A stretch of 64,000 nucleotides of DNA from Atribacterota bacterium. GTDB lineage: Bacteria; Atribacterota; Phoenicimicrobiia; Phoenicimicrobiales; Stramentimicrobiaceae. The stretch is taken from the NCBI GenBank assembly GCA_028717805.1, contig JAQUNC010000005.1, positions 1,238-65,237 on the forward strand, in the 5' to 3' direction. The notes under the pieces were generated by a model that saw nothing but the letters and a program-made list of their open reading frames with translations, was not told where the DNA came from and ran no database searches. This document shows, piece after piece, positions 51,215 to 61,621 of this stretch (position 1 is the stretch's first letter; each line of letters starts with the position of its first letter). Both the position numbers and the translations under genes were made by a program.

Positions 51215-51652
51215 TTGATAAAGGGATTAAAAGTGAAAAAATTTATACTATCGATTGATCCAGGTAGAAAAAAGTGCGGTATAGCACTGGTGGATTACAA
51301 ATTAAGATATATAGCAGGTGAGGTTGTAAACAATGAGAGATTGATGGACCGGGTAAAAAATTATTTAGGAAAATACCAGATTAAAAGCATAGTAGTGGGA
51401 AGTGGAACAAATTCAGAAAATATTATTGCAGTTATCAAGAAAAATTTTCCGGAGTTATTTATCACTGTAATAACAGAAGAAGATACTACCAGGTTAGCAA
51501 GGAGATATTTCTTTGAACATAATCCGCCAACCGGCTGGTTAAAACTTATTCCTATTTCTCTTCGCATACCTCCTCGACCTTATGACGATTTTGCTGCCTA
51601 TGTAATTGCCAGAAAATTTTTCTCTGATTATCAACAAGATAAGAAGTTGTAG
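51215..51652 (+). CDS. YqgF/RuvC-like RNase H-fold nuclease family protein
   Basis: LSIDPGRKKCGIALVD...IVVGSGTNSENIIAVIKK...EEDTTRLARR parallels the YqgF pattern (GLDLGxKxIGVAV...VVGLP...DERLTT), but the match is weak. Confidence 0.45.
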   Translation: MIKGLKVKKFILSIDPGRKKCGIALVDYKLRYIAGEVVNNERLMDRVKNYLGKYQIKSIVVGSGTNSENIIAVIKKNFPELFITVITEEDTTRLARRYFFEHNPPTGWLKLIPISLRIPPRPYDDFAAYVIARKFFSDYQQDKKL

Positions 51653-51876
51653 AGATATTCTTTACCTAACTTCACAACTAGTACATAGTATATTTAGTAT
51701 TCGTATAGCATATAGTGTGAAGAAGATATAGCGTCATATATTTGATTTTAATGAAATATAACTAAAAGTAATAGATAAATATCAAAAATAGAAAAATAAC
51801 AGTTACTAAATGTTTTAGCTGAAAACTAAAACCTTCAACCAAAAACCATTGTACTTAAATATATTTCGGGGAAAAG

Positions 51877-54192
51877 ATGAAAATAAGATACAAGCTTACT
51901 ATATATGGTATTGTTCAGGGAGTAGGTTTTCGTCCCTTTATTCATAAATTGGTAAAAAAATATAATTTATATGGATGGATTTGTAACTCCAACCAGGGAG
52001 TAGAAATGGAAATTGAAGGGGAGGACTCCGATGGTAGGGAATTTTTAAAAGAATTAAAAAATCATCTCCCTCCCTTAGCTCTTATTGATGATATCAGAAT
52101 TAAAAGGTTATCCTGTATTGGATATTCCAAATTTGCCATAAAGAAGAGCAAATCCAACCATAGACATCCTGTTATTCTTATGCCCCCCGATATTTCCATT
52201 TGTGAGGATTGTAAAACAGAACTGAATGATCCTTCTAACCGACGTTATCATTACCCTTTTATTAATTGTACCAATTGTGGCCCTCGTTTTACTATTATTG
52301 AAGACATGCCTTATGATAGGGATAAGACTACTATGAAAAAATTTGTTATGTGTACTGATTGTTTTAATGAATATCATGATTTAGAAAACCGTCGCTATCA
52401 TGCTCAACCTAATGCTTGTCCAGTTTGTGGCCCACAAGTTTCTCTTTATACAGGTAACCAGAAAGTTGTTACGCAGGACCCTATCCAGGAGGCGCAAAAG
52501 AGATTGAGAGGAGGAGAGGTGGGTGTAATAAAAGGATTAGGAGGGTTTCATCTGAGCTGTGATGCTCAGAATAAGGAAGCCGTATCCAGAATTAGAGAAA
52601 TAAAGAAAAGAGACCAAAAACCTTTTGCTTTGATGGCTGAAAGTATATCAAAAATAACAAATTTCTGTTATGTATCTGTGCTGGCTCGGAAATATTTAGA
52701 GAGCAAGGAGAAGCCCATCGTACTTTTAAAAAAGAAAAGAATTTGCCATTTATCACCAGCTATTGCTCCTGGTAATGCCTATCTTGGCTTTATGTTACCT
52801 TATACCCCCTTACATATTTTATTATTACAAAAGAGTAACCTGGTCCTGGTTATGACCAGTGCTAATTTCAGCGATGAACCAATTATCATTCAAAATGAAG
52901 AAGCATTTCAGAAATTGGCACAGCAGGTTGACTTTTTACTTCTCCATAATCGACAGATTTACAATCGCTGTGATGATTCTGTTTTAAAGATAACTGCTCA
53001 TCATTCTATCTTTATTAGAAGGTCAAGAGGTTATGCCCCATTTCCCATTGTGCTCCCGGAGGAGGCTAAATCTATACTGGCCTTAGGTCCAGAAGAAAAG
53101 AATACAGTATGTCTTACTCGTGATCGTTATGCCTTTCCCAGTCAGCATCTGGGTGATTTGAAAAACAGGGATAGCTTCCAGGCCTATCAGGAAGCCATCA
53201 AACGTCTAATTCGGGTATTTCAATTTAAACCAAAGGTTATTGCCTGTGATTTACATCCTGATTATCTTTCTACTCATTATGCTGAGGAATTATCCCGGCA
53301 ATTCAGAGTGCCCTTGTTGAAGATTCAACACCATCATGCCCATATTGCCAGCTGTATAGCTGAAAACTATATATCTGAAAAGGTGATTGGAGTTGCCTTT
53401 GACGGTACCGGTTTTGGTCTGGACGGTGCTATCTGGGGAGGTGAATTCCTGGTAGTTTCACCGAAGGATTGCTTGAGAGTGGGTCATTTAAAATATGTAG
53501 CTATGCCCGGGGGAGAACAAGCTATACATCAACCCTGGAGGATGGCTTTTAGTTATCTTTACTCCCTTTCCGGACAAGAGGCTGATTCTATTCGATCGGT
53601 ATTAGGGGAAGGAAGAGAGAAAAAAGATTTTCAGTTACTGAAACAGATGATAGATAAAAGGATTAATTCACCTCTTACCTCCAGCTGCGGCAGATTGTTT
53701 GATGCAGTTGCTTCTCTAATTGGACTAAGAGATGGGGTGGCTTTTGAAGGACAAGCTGCTATGGAGCTGGAAGCTTTATGTCAGACTAAATATAAGGATA
53801 ATTATAATTATCAAATTACTAGAGAAATTAACGGCTTGGTGGTAGATACTGGAGAAATGTTTCTACAGATAATTAATGATTTAGAAAGGAAAATTCCTTT
53901 ACCCAGAATTGCCACTCAGTTCCATAACACAGTTGCTGATATTATTCTTTCCTTATGTGTTAAAATAAAAAAGGAATTTAATATCAATTATGTTGCTTTA
54001 AGCGGAGGAGTTTTTCAAAATAGCTTTCTTTTAGCTCAAACTATGAAAAAATTAAAAAAGGAAAACTTTACAGTCTTAATACATAAAAAATTACCGCCTA
54101 ACGATGGCTGTATTGCCCTGGGACAGGCGGTAGTTACTGATGCGCGTATCAAGTCTGGTAAAATTATATGTGGTTTTTACAAATGTAAATGA
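51877..54192 (+). CDS. hypF: [NiFe] hydrogenase maturation carbamoyltransferase HypF
   Basis: Acylphosphatase domain, two Zn-finger pairs (CEDCKTE...CTNCGPRF; CTDCFNE...CPVCGP), a YrdC domain and a Kae1-like domain; 771 aa. Confidence 0.95.
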   Translation: MKIRYKLTIYGIVQGVGFRPFIHKLVKKYNLYGWICNSNQGVEMEIEGEDSDGREFLKELKNHLPPLALIDDIRIKRLSCIGYSKFAIKKSKSNHRHPVILMPPDISICEDCKTELNDPSNRRYHYPFINCTNCGPRFTIIEDMPYDRDKTTMKKFVMCTDCFNEYHDLENRRYHAQPNACPVCGPQVSLYTGNQKVVTQDPIQEAQKRLRGGEVGVIKGLGGFHLSCDAQNKEAVSRIREIKKRDQKPFALMAESISKITNFCYVSVLARKYLESKEKPIVLLKKKRICHLSPAIAPGNAYLGFMLPYTPLHILLLQKSNLVLVMTSANFSDEPIIIQNEEAFQKLAQQVDFLLLHNRQIYNRCDDSVLKITAHHSIFIRRSRGYAPFPIVLPEEAKSILALGPEEKNTVCLTRDRYAFPSQHLGDLKNRDSFQAYQEAIKRLIRVFQFKPKVIACDLHPDYLSTHYAEELSRQFRVPLLKIQHHHAHIASCIAENYISEKVIGVAFDGTGFGLDGAIWGGEFLVVSPKDCLRVGHLKYVAMPGGEQAIHQPWRMAFSYLYSLSGQEADSIRSVLGEGREKKDFQLLKQMIDKRINSPLTSSCGRLFDAVASLIGLRDGVAFEGQAAMELEALCQTKYKDNYNYQITREINGLVVDTGEMFLQIINDLERKIPLPRIATQFHNTVADIILSLCVKIKKEFNINYVALSGGVFQNSFLLAQTMKKLKKENFTVLIHKKLPPNDGCIALGQAVVTDARIKSGKIICGFYKCK

Positions 54193-54222
54193 GATCTTTG
54201 AGAAAGTAAAAGAGGTATTTGT

Positions 54223-54438
54223 ATGTGTCTGGCTATCCCTGGTAAGATAATAAAAAAAATAAATTGTGAAGAGGCAGAGGTTCTGTTGGGGAATATAAAA
54301 AAGTCGGTTAGAATTGACCTTTTACCTGAAATTGAAGAAGGAGATTATGTGCTTATTCATGCTGGATATGCCATTACTAAAATCGATTCCCGGGAGGCAA
54401 ATGAGATAAATCAAGCCTGGGAGGAAATACAGTCTTGA
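54223..54438 (+). CDS. hypC: Hydrogenase maturation factor HypC
   Basis: Starts MCLAIP, which is the diagnostic HypC N-terminus; 71 aa. Confidence 0.88.
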   Translation: MCLAIPGKIIKKINCEEAEVLLGNIKKSVRIDLLPEIEEGDYVLIHAGYAITKIDSREANEINQAWEEIQS

Positions 54439-55517
54439 AGTATTTCGATGAATATAGGGATAAAAGGCTTTGCCAATCAATAATAGAAAGAATCAAGGAA
54501 CTGACAACAGAAGAAATTAATATAATGGAAGTTTGCGGAACTCATACTATGTCCATTTTTCGTTCTGGCATAAAAGACCTTTTGCCGGAAAATATTCATT
54601 TAATTTCAGGTCCTGGTTGTCCGGTATGTGTTACTCCCATATCCGATATCAATCATATAATTGCTCTGGCTAGAATGGATCGAGCAATAATAGCAACTTT
54701 TGGAGATATGATAAATGTACCTGGTAGTTCTTCTAGCTTGAAGAGGGAAAAAGCAGATGGGGCTGATGTCAGAGTGATTTATTCACCACTCCAAGCACTG
54801 GAAATTGCCCAGGAATTTCCACAGAAACAGATTATTCTGGTTGGGATTGGATTTGAGACAACCATACCTTTGCTAGCCAGTGTTGTTCTAGAAGCAAAAA
54901 AGAAAGCAATTACTAATTTTTATCTCCTAAGTCTAACCAAGCTCATGCCTCCTATTATAAGGGCACTTTTACAGAGTCAGGAGGTAACAATTGATGGGAT
55001 GCTCTGTCCCGGTCATGTCAGCACTATTATTGGGACTAAACCCTATCAATTTATTCCGGACTGTTACCATATTGCCTGTGTAATTGCCGGCTTTGAACCA
55101 ATCGATATTTTAATAGCAATCTATCATCTCATCCTGCAGAAGATTAAAGGTGAGCCGCAGGTAGAAAATAAATACCGGAGAGCGGTGAGGGAAGAAGGCA
55201 ATCTGGTTGCCCTTAATTTAATAACTCAGATTTTTTCTACTGTCGATAGTGAATGGAGAGGCATAGGAATAGTAGCTGACAGCGGTTTAGATTTAAAATC
55301 CGAATATTCTGATCTAAATGCCCGTAATTTTATAGTTAAAGTAGAAACAACCAAGGAAAATAATCAATGTAGATGTGGAGATGTCTTGAGAGGTGTAGTT
55401 ACACCCTTACAATGCCCACTTTTCCAGAAATTATGTACACCTGAGAATCCGGTGGGTGCCTGTATGGTCTCCAGTGAGGGAGTTTGTGCAGCATACTACA
55501 AATATAGTTCAGTATAA
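54435..55517 (+). CDS. hypD: Hydrogenase maturation factor HypD
   Basis: CGTHT, GPGCPVCV and the C-terminal CxxHx motifs. Confidence 0.93.
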   Translation: MKYFDEYRDKRLCQSIIERIKELTTEEINIMEVCGTHTMSIFRSGIKDLLPENIHLISGPGCPVCVTPISDINHIIALARMDRAIIATFGDMINVPGSSSSLKREKADGADVRVIYSPLQALEIAQEFPQKQIILVGIGFETTIPLLASVVLEAKKKAITNFYLLSLTKLMPPIIRALLQSQEVTIDGMLCPGHVSTIIGTKPYQFIPDCYHIACVIAGFEPIDILIAIYHLILQKIKGEPQVENKYRRAVREEGNLVALNLITQIFSTVDSEWRGIGIVADSGLDLKSEYSDLNARNFIVKVETTKENNQCRCGDVLRGVVTPLQCPLFQKLCTPENPVGACMVSSEGVCAAYYKYSSV

Positions 55518-55777
55518 CATTATAAATATAGGAATAATTAAAAAAGTTTTAGTTAACAGTGGTCAGTTTAAATAAATCAATGCCTGTAATATTCAGTAAT
55601 GTTTTTCTAATTTATTAAAACAATGTGGGAATAATAAAAAATAGTGAAATATGGCATATTATTTTCTTGCTTATTTATCCGGTTCTTAAACTAAAAACTA
55701 AAAATTGCAAACCAATTCAGTAAAATATAGTGATAAACTAAAAGATTTTGCCATGTTCTCCAAAGAAAGGATGAACA

Positions 55778-56788
55778 ATGACCGACCAAATAATAACTAT
55801 AGATTATGGTAGTGGAGGTAAATTAACTAACCAGTTAATTCGCTCTCTATTTTTAAAATATTTTAATAATCCGATCTTAAATAAACTGCACGATGGAGCA
55901 GTTTTACCACCAACCAATCATAGAATTGCCTTTTCTACAGACTCTTACACTGTGAGCCCCATATTTTTTAAAGGTGGGAATATCGGACATCTAGCAATAA
56001 ATGGGACCATAAATGATATAGCCATGTGTGGAGCTATCCCAAAATACCTCAGTGTATCTTTAATTATTGAAGAAGGTACTTCAATGCAAATACTGGAACA
56101 AATAACCTGTAGCATGGCTGAAGCAGCAAATAAAACAGGCATTCAGATAGTTACCGGAGATACCAAGGTTGTCAATAAAGGAGATGTTGATGGTATATTT
56201 ATAAATACCACAGGAATAGGTTATATTGATTCAGGTGTTCACATTCATCCTGGGAGAGCACAGATTAATGATGCAATTATTATCAATGGACCTATCGGAA
56301 ATCATGGTATTAGCATTCTATCTTCTCGAGAAAACCTTCAGCTTGAAGAGAGTGTCCTAAGCGACACAGCCCCCCTGGCTGATTTAGTACAAGAGATGCT
56401 CTCTATAACCAAAGAAATTCATGTATTACGTGACCCTACCAGAGGTGGACTGGCTACTGCTTTAAATGAAATTGCCCAATCTTCTCAGGTAGAAATAGAA
56501 ATTGAAGAAGAAAATATTCCCATTGAGGAAACTGTAAAAGATGCCTGTAAAATTCTGGGTTACGATCCTCTTTATTTAGCCAATGAGGGAAAGTTAATTG
56601 CCTTTTTGCCGGAGCAATTTGCCGAAGAAGTAGTACAAAAGATGAAAACCAGCAGGTATGGAAAGCAAGCGGCTACTATTGGCAGAGTAATTACTCAGGG
56701 AAGATCAGAAGTGTCTCTAAAAACTGATATTGGTGGAAGAAGAATAGTGGGAATGCTTAGTGGAGAGCAACTCCCCAGAATATGTTAA
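55778..56788 (+). CDS. hypE: Hydrogenase maturation carbamoyl dehydratase HypE
   Basis: AIR-synthase-like fold with the C-terminal PRIC motif. Confidence 0.93.
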   Translation: MTDQIITIDYGSGGKLTNQLIRSLFLKYFNNPILNKLHDGAVLPPTNHRIAFSTDSYTVSPIFFKGGNIGHLAINGTINDIAMCGAIPKYLSVSLIIEEGTSMQILEQITCSMAEAANKTGIQIVTGDTKVVNKGDVDGIFINTTGIGYIDSGVHIHPGRAQINDAIIINGPIGNHGISILSSRENLQLEESVLSDTAPLADLVQEMLSITKEIHVLRDPTRGGLATALNEIAQSSQVEIEIEEENIPIEETVKDACKILGYDPLYLANEGKLIAFLPEQFAEEVVQKMKTSRYGKQAATIGRVITQGRSEVSLKTDIGGRRIVGMLSGEQLPRIC

Positions 56789-56902
56789 AGCTTTATATAT
56801 TAAAGACAAAAAGGCTTTGGTAATTTTTTATATATATTTATTATGTTTTTTCACTAATAATTTTTTAGTAATTACTAGTTTTAAAAAAGGAGCTGAACTA
56901 CA

Positions 56903-57427
56903 ATGGGCCATAAAAATGAGAGTACCCCAGTGGCATTAGCCAGGAAAAGCATTATTTATTACTTGCAAAACAGAAAAAATATGATTCCACCTGATGACCT
57001 ACCTCGAGAGCTAATGGAGAAGCAGGCAGGAGTTTTTGTTTCATTAAAAAAAGAGGAAAGGTTAAGAGGTTGTATTGGTACCTTTCTTGCTACAAAAAGT
57101 AATATTGTTTTAGAGATTATTGAAAATGCAGTAAGTGCCGCTATACGTGACCCCAGATTTTCTCCAGTAACTCCAGATGAAGTAGATAAATTATCAATCT
57201 CAGTAGATATTCTTTCCAATCCAGAAGAAGTAAAAGATATAAAACAGCTAAATCCTAAAAAATATGGTGTTATAGTCAGTTGTGGATTTAAAAAAGGCCT
57301 TTTATTGCCAGATTTGGAAGAAGTAGATACTGTAGAGCGGCAAATTGATATTGCCAGACAAAAAGCAGGAATATATGTGGGTGAAGATTTTACAATTGAA
57401 AGGTTTGAGGTAAAAAGATACTATTAA
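56903..57427 (+). CDS. AMMECR1-domain protein
   Basis: The RGCIGTF motif and overall 174-aa AMMECR1 fold. Confidence 0.8.
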   Translation: MGHKNESTPVALARKSIIYYLQNRKNMIPPDDLPRELMEKQAGVFVSLKKEERLRGCIGTFLATKSNIVLEIIENAVSAAIRDPRFSPVTPDEVDKLSISVDILSNPEEVKDIKQLNPKKYGVIVSCGFKKGLLLPDLEEVDTVERQIDIARQKAGIYVGEDFTIERFEVKRYY

Positions 57428-57603
57428 ACTGCCAACTGCATTTGTTCTTATATTGCTATTGAGTCAATTTTATGAGATTCTTTTATAAATTAAAAGATAG
57501 GAAGGAAAACAAGAGTTTTACCACTAACCTTTTAGGAGATTTTCTTATTTTTCCTATAGGAATTATTATGCATTCCTTTTTACTACCTGCTTTCTGATGT
57601 GAG

Positions 57604-58887
57604 CTAGTACAGATATCTAAAGTAGAAATAGATTGAAACTACAAACAGGTCAATAATGACTAAGGGGAAAGCAATCTTAAAAAAATGCCAGAAGTAAATA
57701 GGTTGATTATTTTTTTCTGCAATTTCAGCCACGATTAAATTTGAAGCTGTCCCGATTAGGGTGCCATTGGCGCCAATATTTGCACCCAAGGCTACAGTAA
57801 TCCAGATAACCGGAGCAGTAGCAGGAAATTCTTTGACAATATGTTCAATGATAGGAATGGCAATACTAACAATAGGTATATTATCTAAAAATGAAGAGAG
57901 AAAAGTAGTTGATATTAGAAATAAATAATCAAGATATTGAAAATTAGCTCTACTTAACTGAATAATTTTATTTGTTAATATACCTATTATTCCGTGTTGT
58001 TCCATGGTACCAGCCAATACATTTAATCCAATCAGAAAAAATATAATTCCCCAATCTATCTGAGAGAGAATAAAATCAGTAGATTTTTCAGGTGTTAAAA
58101 AGAATAGTAGAAGGGAAATAAAAAGAATAATAACTGCCAGATCAACTGCTATTCTATGAGAAAAAAGCATTAGAACAATACCGATAATTACCAGGATTAC
58201 AATTTTTTTGAACAGAATATGATCGGTAATGCATTCACTCTCCTTAACTTCATTTAAGCGTGATAATAGATGTTCCGGTATTTTACTTTCTAATAGTTTT
58301 TTGCTAAAAATGATTTTGAAGTAATAAATATTTACTATGGTGAGAATTACCGCTACCGGCAGAGCATGGTAAATAAAATCAAGATAAGAAAAATGAGCTG
58401 CTGAACCAATCATGATATTTGTTGGTGTTCCTAAGTAAGTAGCCATACCACCTATATTGGCAGAAATAATTTCAGATATCAAGAAAGGCAGGGGAGATAT
58501 TCCCAGGATAGAGGTCAATGCTATAGTAATATTTGCCATAAATAAGACTGTGGTGATTTCATCAAAGAAGGAAGACAGAATCCCAGTTAAGAGGGATAAT
58601 AGAATAAGCAATAGCCAGGGATTCCCATGACTATGTCGCATTACTTTGATTGCTAAAAATTGAAATATCCCGCTATCTTTGGCAATGTTGGTAAAAATTA
58701 TTACCCCGATAATAATACCTAATTTATTAAAATCAATATAACTAATAGCCTTTTCAAAAGAGATGAGGCCGATAAGAATTACTAAAATTGCTCCAAAAAA
58801 AGATGAGGTGGTTCGTATTCGTCGATTGGTAAAAATAAAGAAATAGACTATACTGATAATTATAATGGTTAAAATTAGTTGATTCAT
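57604..58887 (-). CDS. ArsB/NhaD-superfamily (CitMHS-like) ion transporter permease
   Basis: 427 aa with ~12 TM helices arranged as two inverted repeats. It resembles the ArsB/NhaD/CitMHS anion-permease family. Confidence 0.65.
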   Translation of the reverse strand: MNQLILTIIIISIVYFFIFTNRRIRTTSSFFGAILVILIGLISFEKAISYIDFNKLGIIIGVIIFTNIAKDSGIFQFLAIKVMRHSHGNPWLLLILLSLLTGILSSFFDEITTVLFMANITIALTSILGISPLPFLISEIISANIGGMATYLGTPTNIMIGSAAHFSYLDFIYHALPVAVILTIVNIYYFKIIFSKKLLESKIPEHLLSRLNEVKESECITDHILFKKIVILVIIGIVLMLFSHRIAVDLAVIILFISLLLFFLTPEKSTDFILSQIDWGIIFFLIGLNVLAGTMEQHGIIGILTNKIIQLSRANFQYLDYLFLISTTFLSSFLDNIPIVSIAIPIIEHIVKEFPATAPVIWITVALGANIGANGTLIGTASNLIVAEIAEKNNQPIYFWHFFKIAFPLVIIDLFVVSIYFYFRYLY

Positions 58888-59232
58888 GAATCAGAACTCC
58901 ACCTGAGAATCGATTGTGGTTCGACCATAGAATCTTACCTTGCTCTCTTGATTAAAGATAATTTTTATTAATTAGTTTGCCTTATTAGCAGCTATTATTT
59001 TCAAAATAAATATTTACTAAAAATATCAGGCAAATAATATTTCTGGTATATTTTACCTGGAAAAAATCATGAAATTATCAAAGTTAGATTGCTAAATAAA
59101 TGGAATGTATTATATAATTACGCCAGATCCATTTGAGGCTTTGAAATATCGTCTAAAAATATAATAACACAAAAAATCATTTACGGTAGAAAGAAATATT
59201 ATTTTTTTATATTTTAGAAAACATGTTATCAT

Positions 59233-59290
59233 TATTTCATAGTAGGGGAAATTTTTTGAATTTCCCCTACTATGAAATAATCTTTTTTAA
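59233..59290. repeat. Perfect 22-bp-stem palindrome with an AGGGGAA/TTCCCCT core plus a T-tract (orphan terminator-like)
   Basis: TTATTTCATAGTAGGGGAAATT-TTTTG-AATTTCCCCTACTATGAAATAA followed by TCTTTTTTAAA. No gene end lies nearby. Confidence 0.5.
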
Positions 59291-59398
59291 ATAAACTAAA
59301 TAAGGTACAATAATACTATATTTGATTCTAAAGGTATATAATTACTAAAATTGTTATAACTCAGGTATAAATGGAGTTCATTATATAATTATTTAAAA

Positions 59399-59436
59399 CA
59401 AGGTATTCAGGGAAGGTATCCCCTGAAACCCCCCAA
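59399..59436 (-). repeat. GC-rich hairpin element, copy E (reverse orientation: GGGGGGTTTCAGGGGATACCTTCCCTGAATACCTTG)
   Basis: The reverse complement matches copy A almost position-for-position. Confidence 0.5.
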
Positions 59437-59628
59437 AGGAAATAATTTATTTCACTATTGAAAATCACCTTCTTTTAAGGTGTTCATGGCTAAACAAAAC
59501 GGTTTAAGTATCTTAAAAAAACCACCCGTTATACAGGTGAATGTCTATTAATTTATATACCTGAAAAGCAGAAAATTAATGATATATTTATTGTTATAAT
59601 AAAATCTTAACTAAAAGAGGCTCTATAC

Positions 59629-60669
59629 ATGTTCAACTTTTCTCTTTCTCTTGCTCTTTCCCGAAACATTGGTATTGATTTGGGCACCAGTACCACCTTA
59701 GTATATGTAAAGGGAAAGGGGATTATTCTAGAAGAACCTTCCGTAGTGGCTTATCAAAAAAATAGCAATCGTGTTTTGAAAGTGGGAAAAGAAGCAAAGT
59801 CTATGATTGGGAGAACACCGAGAGGTATTTATACTATTCGCCCTTTACAGTATGGCGTGATTGCTAATTTTGAAGTAACTACTGAAATGCTGCGCTATTT
59901 CATTAAAAAAATTTTCGCCCGTTATCAATTTATCAAGCCTTCTATTACTATCTGTGTTCCCTCTGGTGTTACTGAAGTTGAAAAAAGAGCAGTGTCGGAG
60001 GTAGCTTATGAATGTGGTTCACGAAGAGTATTTTTAATTGAAGAGCCTATTGCCGCGGCTATTGGTGCGGGATTGCCTATTTTTGAACCAATGGGTAACT
60101 TAATTATTGATATGGGCGGTGGTACTTCAGAGGTAGCGGTAATTTCTTTGGGAGGGATTGTAGTAAACGAAATAACCAAGGTTGCTGGCGATTATTTGAA
60201 TCAACAAATAATTAAGTATATTAAAGATAACCATGGGCTTTTCATCGGGGATTTAACTGCTGAGGATTTAAAAATTTCACTTTCCAAAAACAACACCCAG
60301 AAAGAACAAGATTATTTTGAGGTAAGAGGCAGAAATCGTCTCAGTGGTTTACCTATTAGAATCAGATTAACCAAGGATGAATTAAAAGAGGCTCTCTATG
60401 ATTCAGTCGAAGTAATAGCCAATACGGTGAAGATGGCTTTAGAAAAAACACCTCCAGAACTTGTTTCTGATATCATAAATAAAGGATTAGTTATGACCGG
60501 AGGGGGAGCCTTGTTATCTGATTTAGATAAAATCCTTCAGGCAAAAATAAAAATTCCTGTTTTTATATCCAAGGAACCACTGTATTGTGTAGTAAAAGGA
60601 ACTGGAGAAGCGTTAGAAAATTTTGACAGATATAATAGGATTCTCATAAGAACTTCCAGGAGTAAATGA
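59629..60669 (+). CDS. mreB: Rod-shape-determining protein MreB
   Basis: Actin-fold motifs IGIDLGTSTT and DMGGGTSEVA. Confidence 0.95.
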   Translation: MFNFSLSLALSRNIGIDLGTSTTLVYVKGKGIILEEPSVVAYQKNSNRVLKVGKEAKSMIGRTPRGIYTIRPLQYGVIANFEVTTEMLRYFIKKIFARYQFIKPSITICVPSGVTEVEKRAVSEVAYECGSRRVFLIEEPIAAAIGAGLPIFEPMGNLIIDMGGGTSEVAVISLGGIVVNEITKVAGDYLNQQIIKYIKDNHGLFIGDLTAEDLKISLSKNNTQKEQDYFEVRGRNRLSGLPIRIRLTKDELKEALYDSVEVIANTVKMALEKTPPELVSDIINKGLVMTGGGALLSDLDKILQAKIKIPVFISKEPLYCVVKGTGEALENFDRYNRILIRTSRSK

Positions 60670-60768
60670 TAACTGAATCAGACAGTTTAAACTTTTAAAG
60701 TTACTTATGAAAAGGCTGGGCTATTTGCTTTCATATAAAAAGGGCAGAATAAATAGGAGTATTTTTCA

Positions 60769-61596
60769 TTGAGAAAGTTTTCTAAGGAGAGAAGGGCATT
60801 TATCTTGTTTTTATGCCTTTCGTTATTATCAGCTCTGCTTATCACTGTTGACTATCATGGTAAGGGAATTATAGGATTATTAAAAGATATAGGATTTTTA
60901 GTCCTGAAGCCAGTTAATTATACTGTTCAAAATACAGTAAACCGGTTCGAAAAGTATTTTCAAATATTTACTCAAACTGAGAGTATACATCAAAAAAATT
61001 GGCAATTACAGCAGGAAAACCGGGAGATTTTGCATGAGAACGCCATTTTGAAAGAAAAATTGGCTGCCTATGAGCAAATAGCAAAAATGGTGCAATTTAA
61101 GGAATATTATAATTATGAAATGATTCCAGCTCAGGTGATTGGCAGAGAACCGAGTAACTGGTTTCACAGTGTAATTATTGATATGGGGAGCAAAGATGGA
61201 GTCGAGGTAGATATGGGAGTTGCTACTTATAAGGGTTTGGTAGGTAAAGTGATTCAGGTAGGATACAACACCTCAGAGGTAATTTTATTGATAGATCAAG
61301 GTTGTTCAGTGGGTGCTCTGATTCAAAGGACCAGAGAAATTGGAATAATAAAAGGAGGGACTGAAAGCGCCTACTGTTATCTTGATTATATTGCTCACGA
61401 TGCGGATGTTCAGATTAATGATATTGTAGTTACCTCAGGTATGGGTAGTTCAGTGCCAAAGGGAATTATCATTGGTCGGATTGTAGCTGTGAAAAAGGAA
61501 AAACACGACCTTTTTCAAAGAATTTTAATTAAACCAGAAGTTGACTTTAATAAACTGGAAGAAGTTTATATAGTAAAACTTCCGGAATATGAATAA
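60769..61596 (+). CDS. mreC: Rod-shape-determining protein MreC
   Basis: N-terminal TM helix, coiled coil and a C-terminal beta domain. It follows mreB. Confidence 0.85.
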   Translation: MRKFSKERRAFILFLCLSLLSALLITVDYHGKGIIGLLKDIGFLVLKPVNYTVQNTVNRFEKYFQIFTQTESIHQKNWQLQQENREILHENAILKEKLAAYEQIAKMVQFKEYYNYEMIPAQVIGREPSNWFHSVIIDMGSKDGVEVDMGVATYKGLVGKVIQVGYNTSEVILLIDQGCSVGALIQRTREIGIIKGGTESAYCYLDYIAHDADVQINDIVVTSGMGSSVPKGIIIGRIVAVKKEKHDLFQRILIKPEVDFNKLEEVYIVKLPEYE

Positions 61597-61621
61597 CAAA
61601 GGTGGAGATAATTTATAAGGC

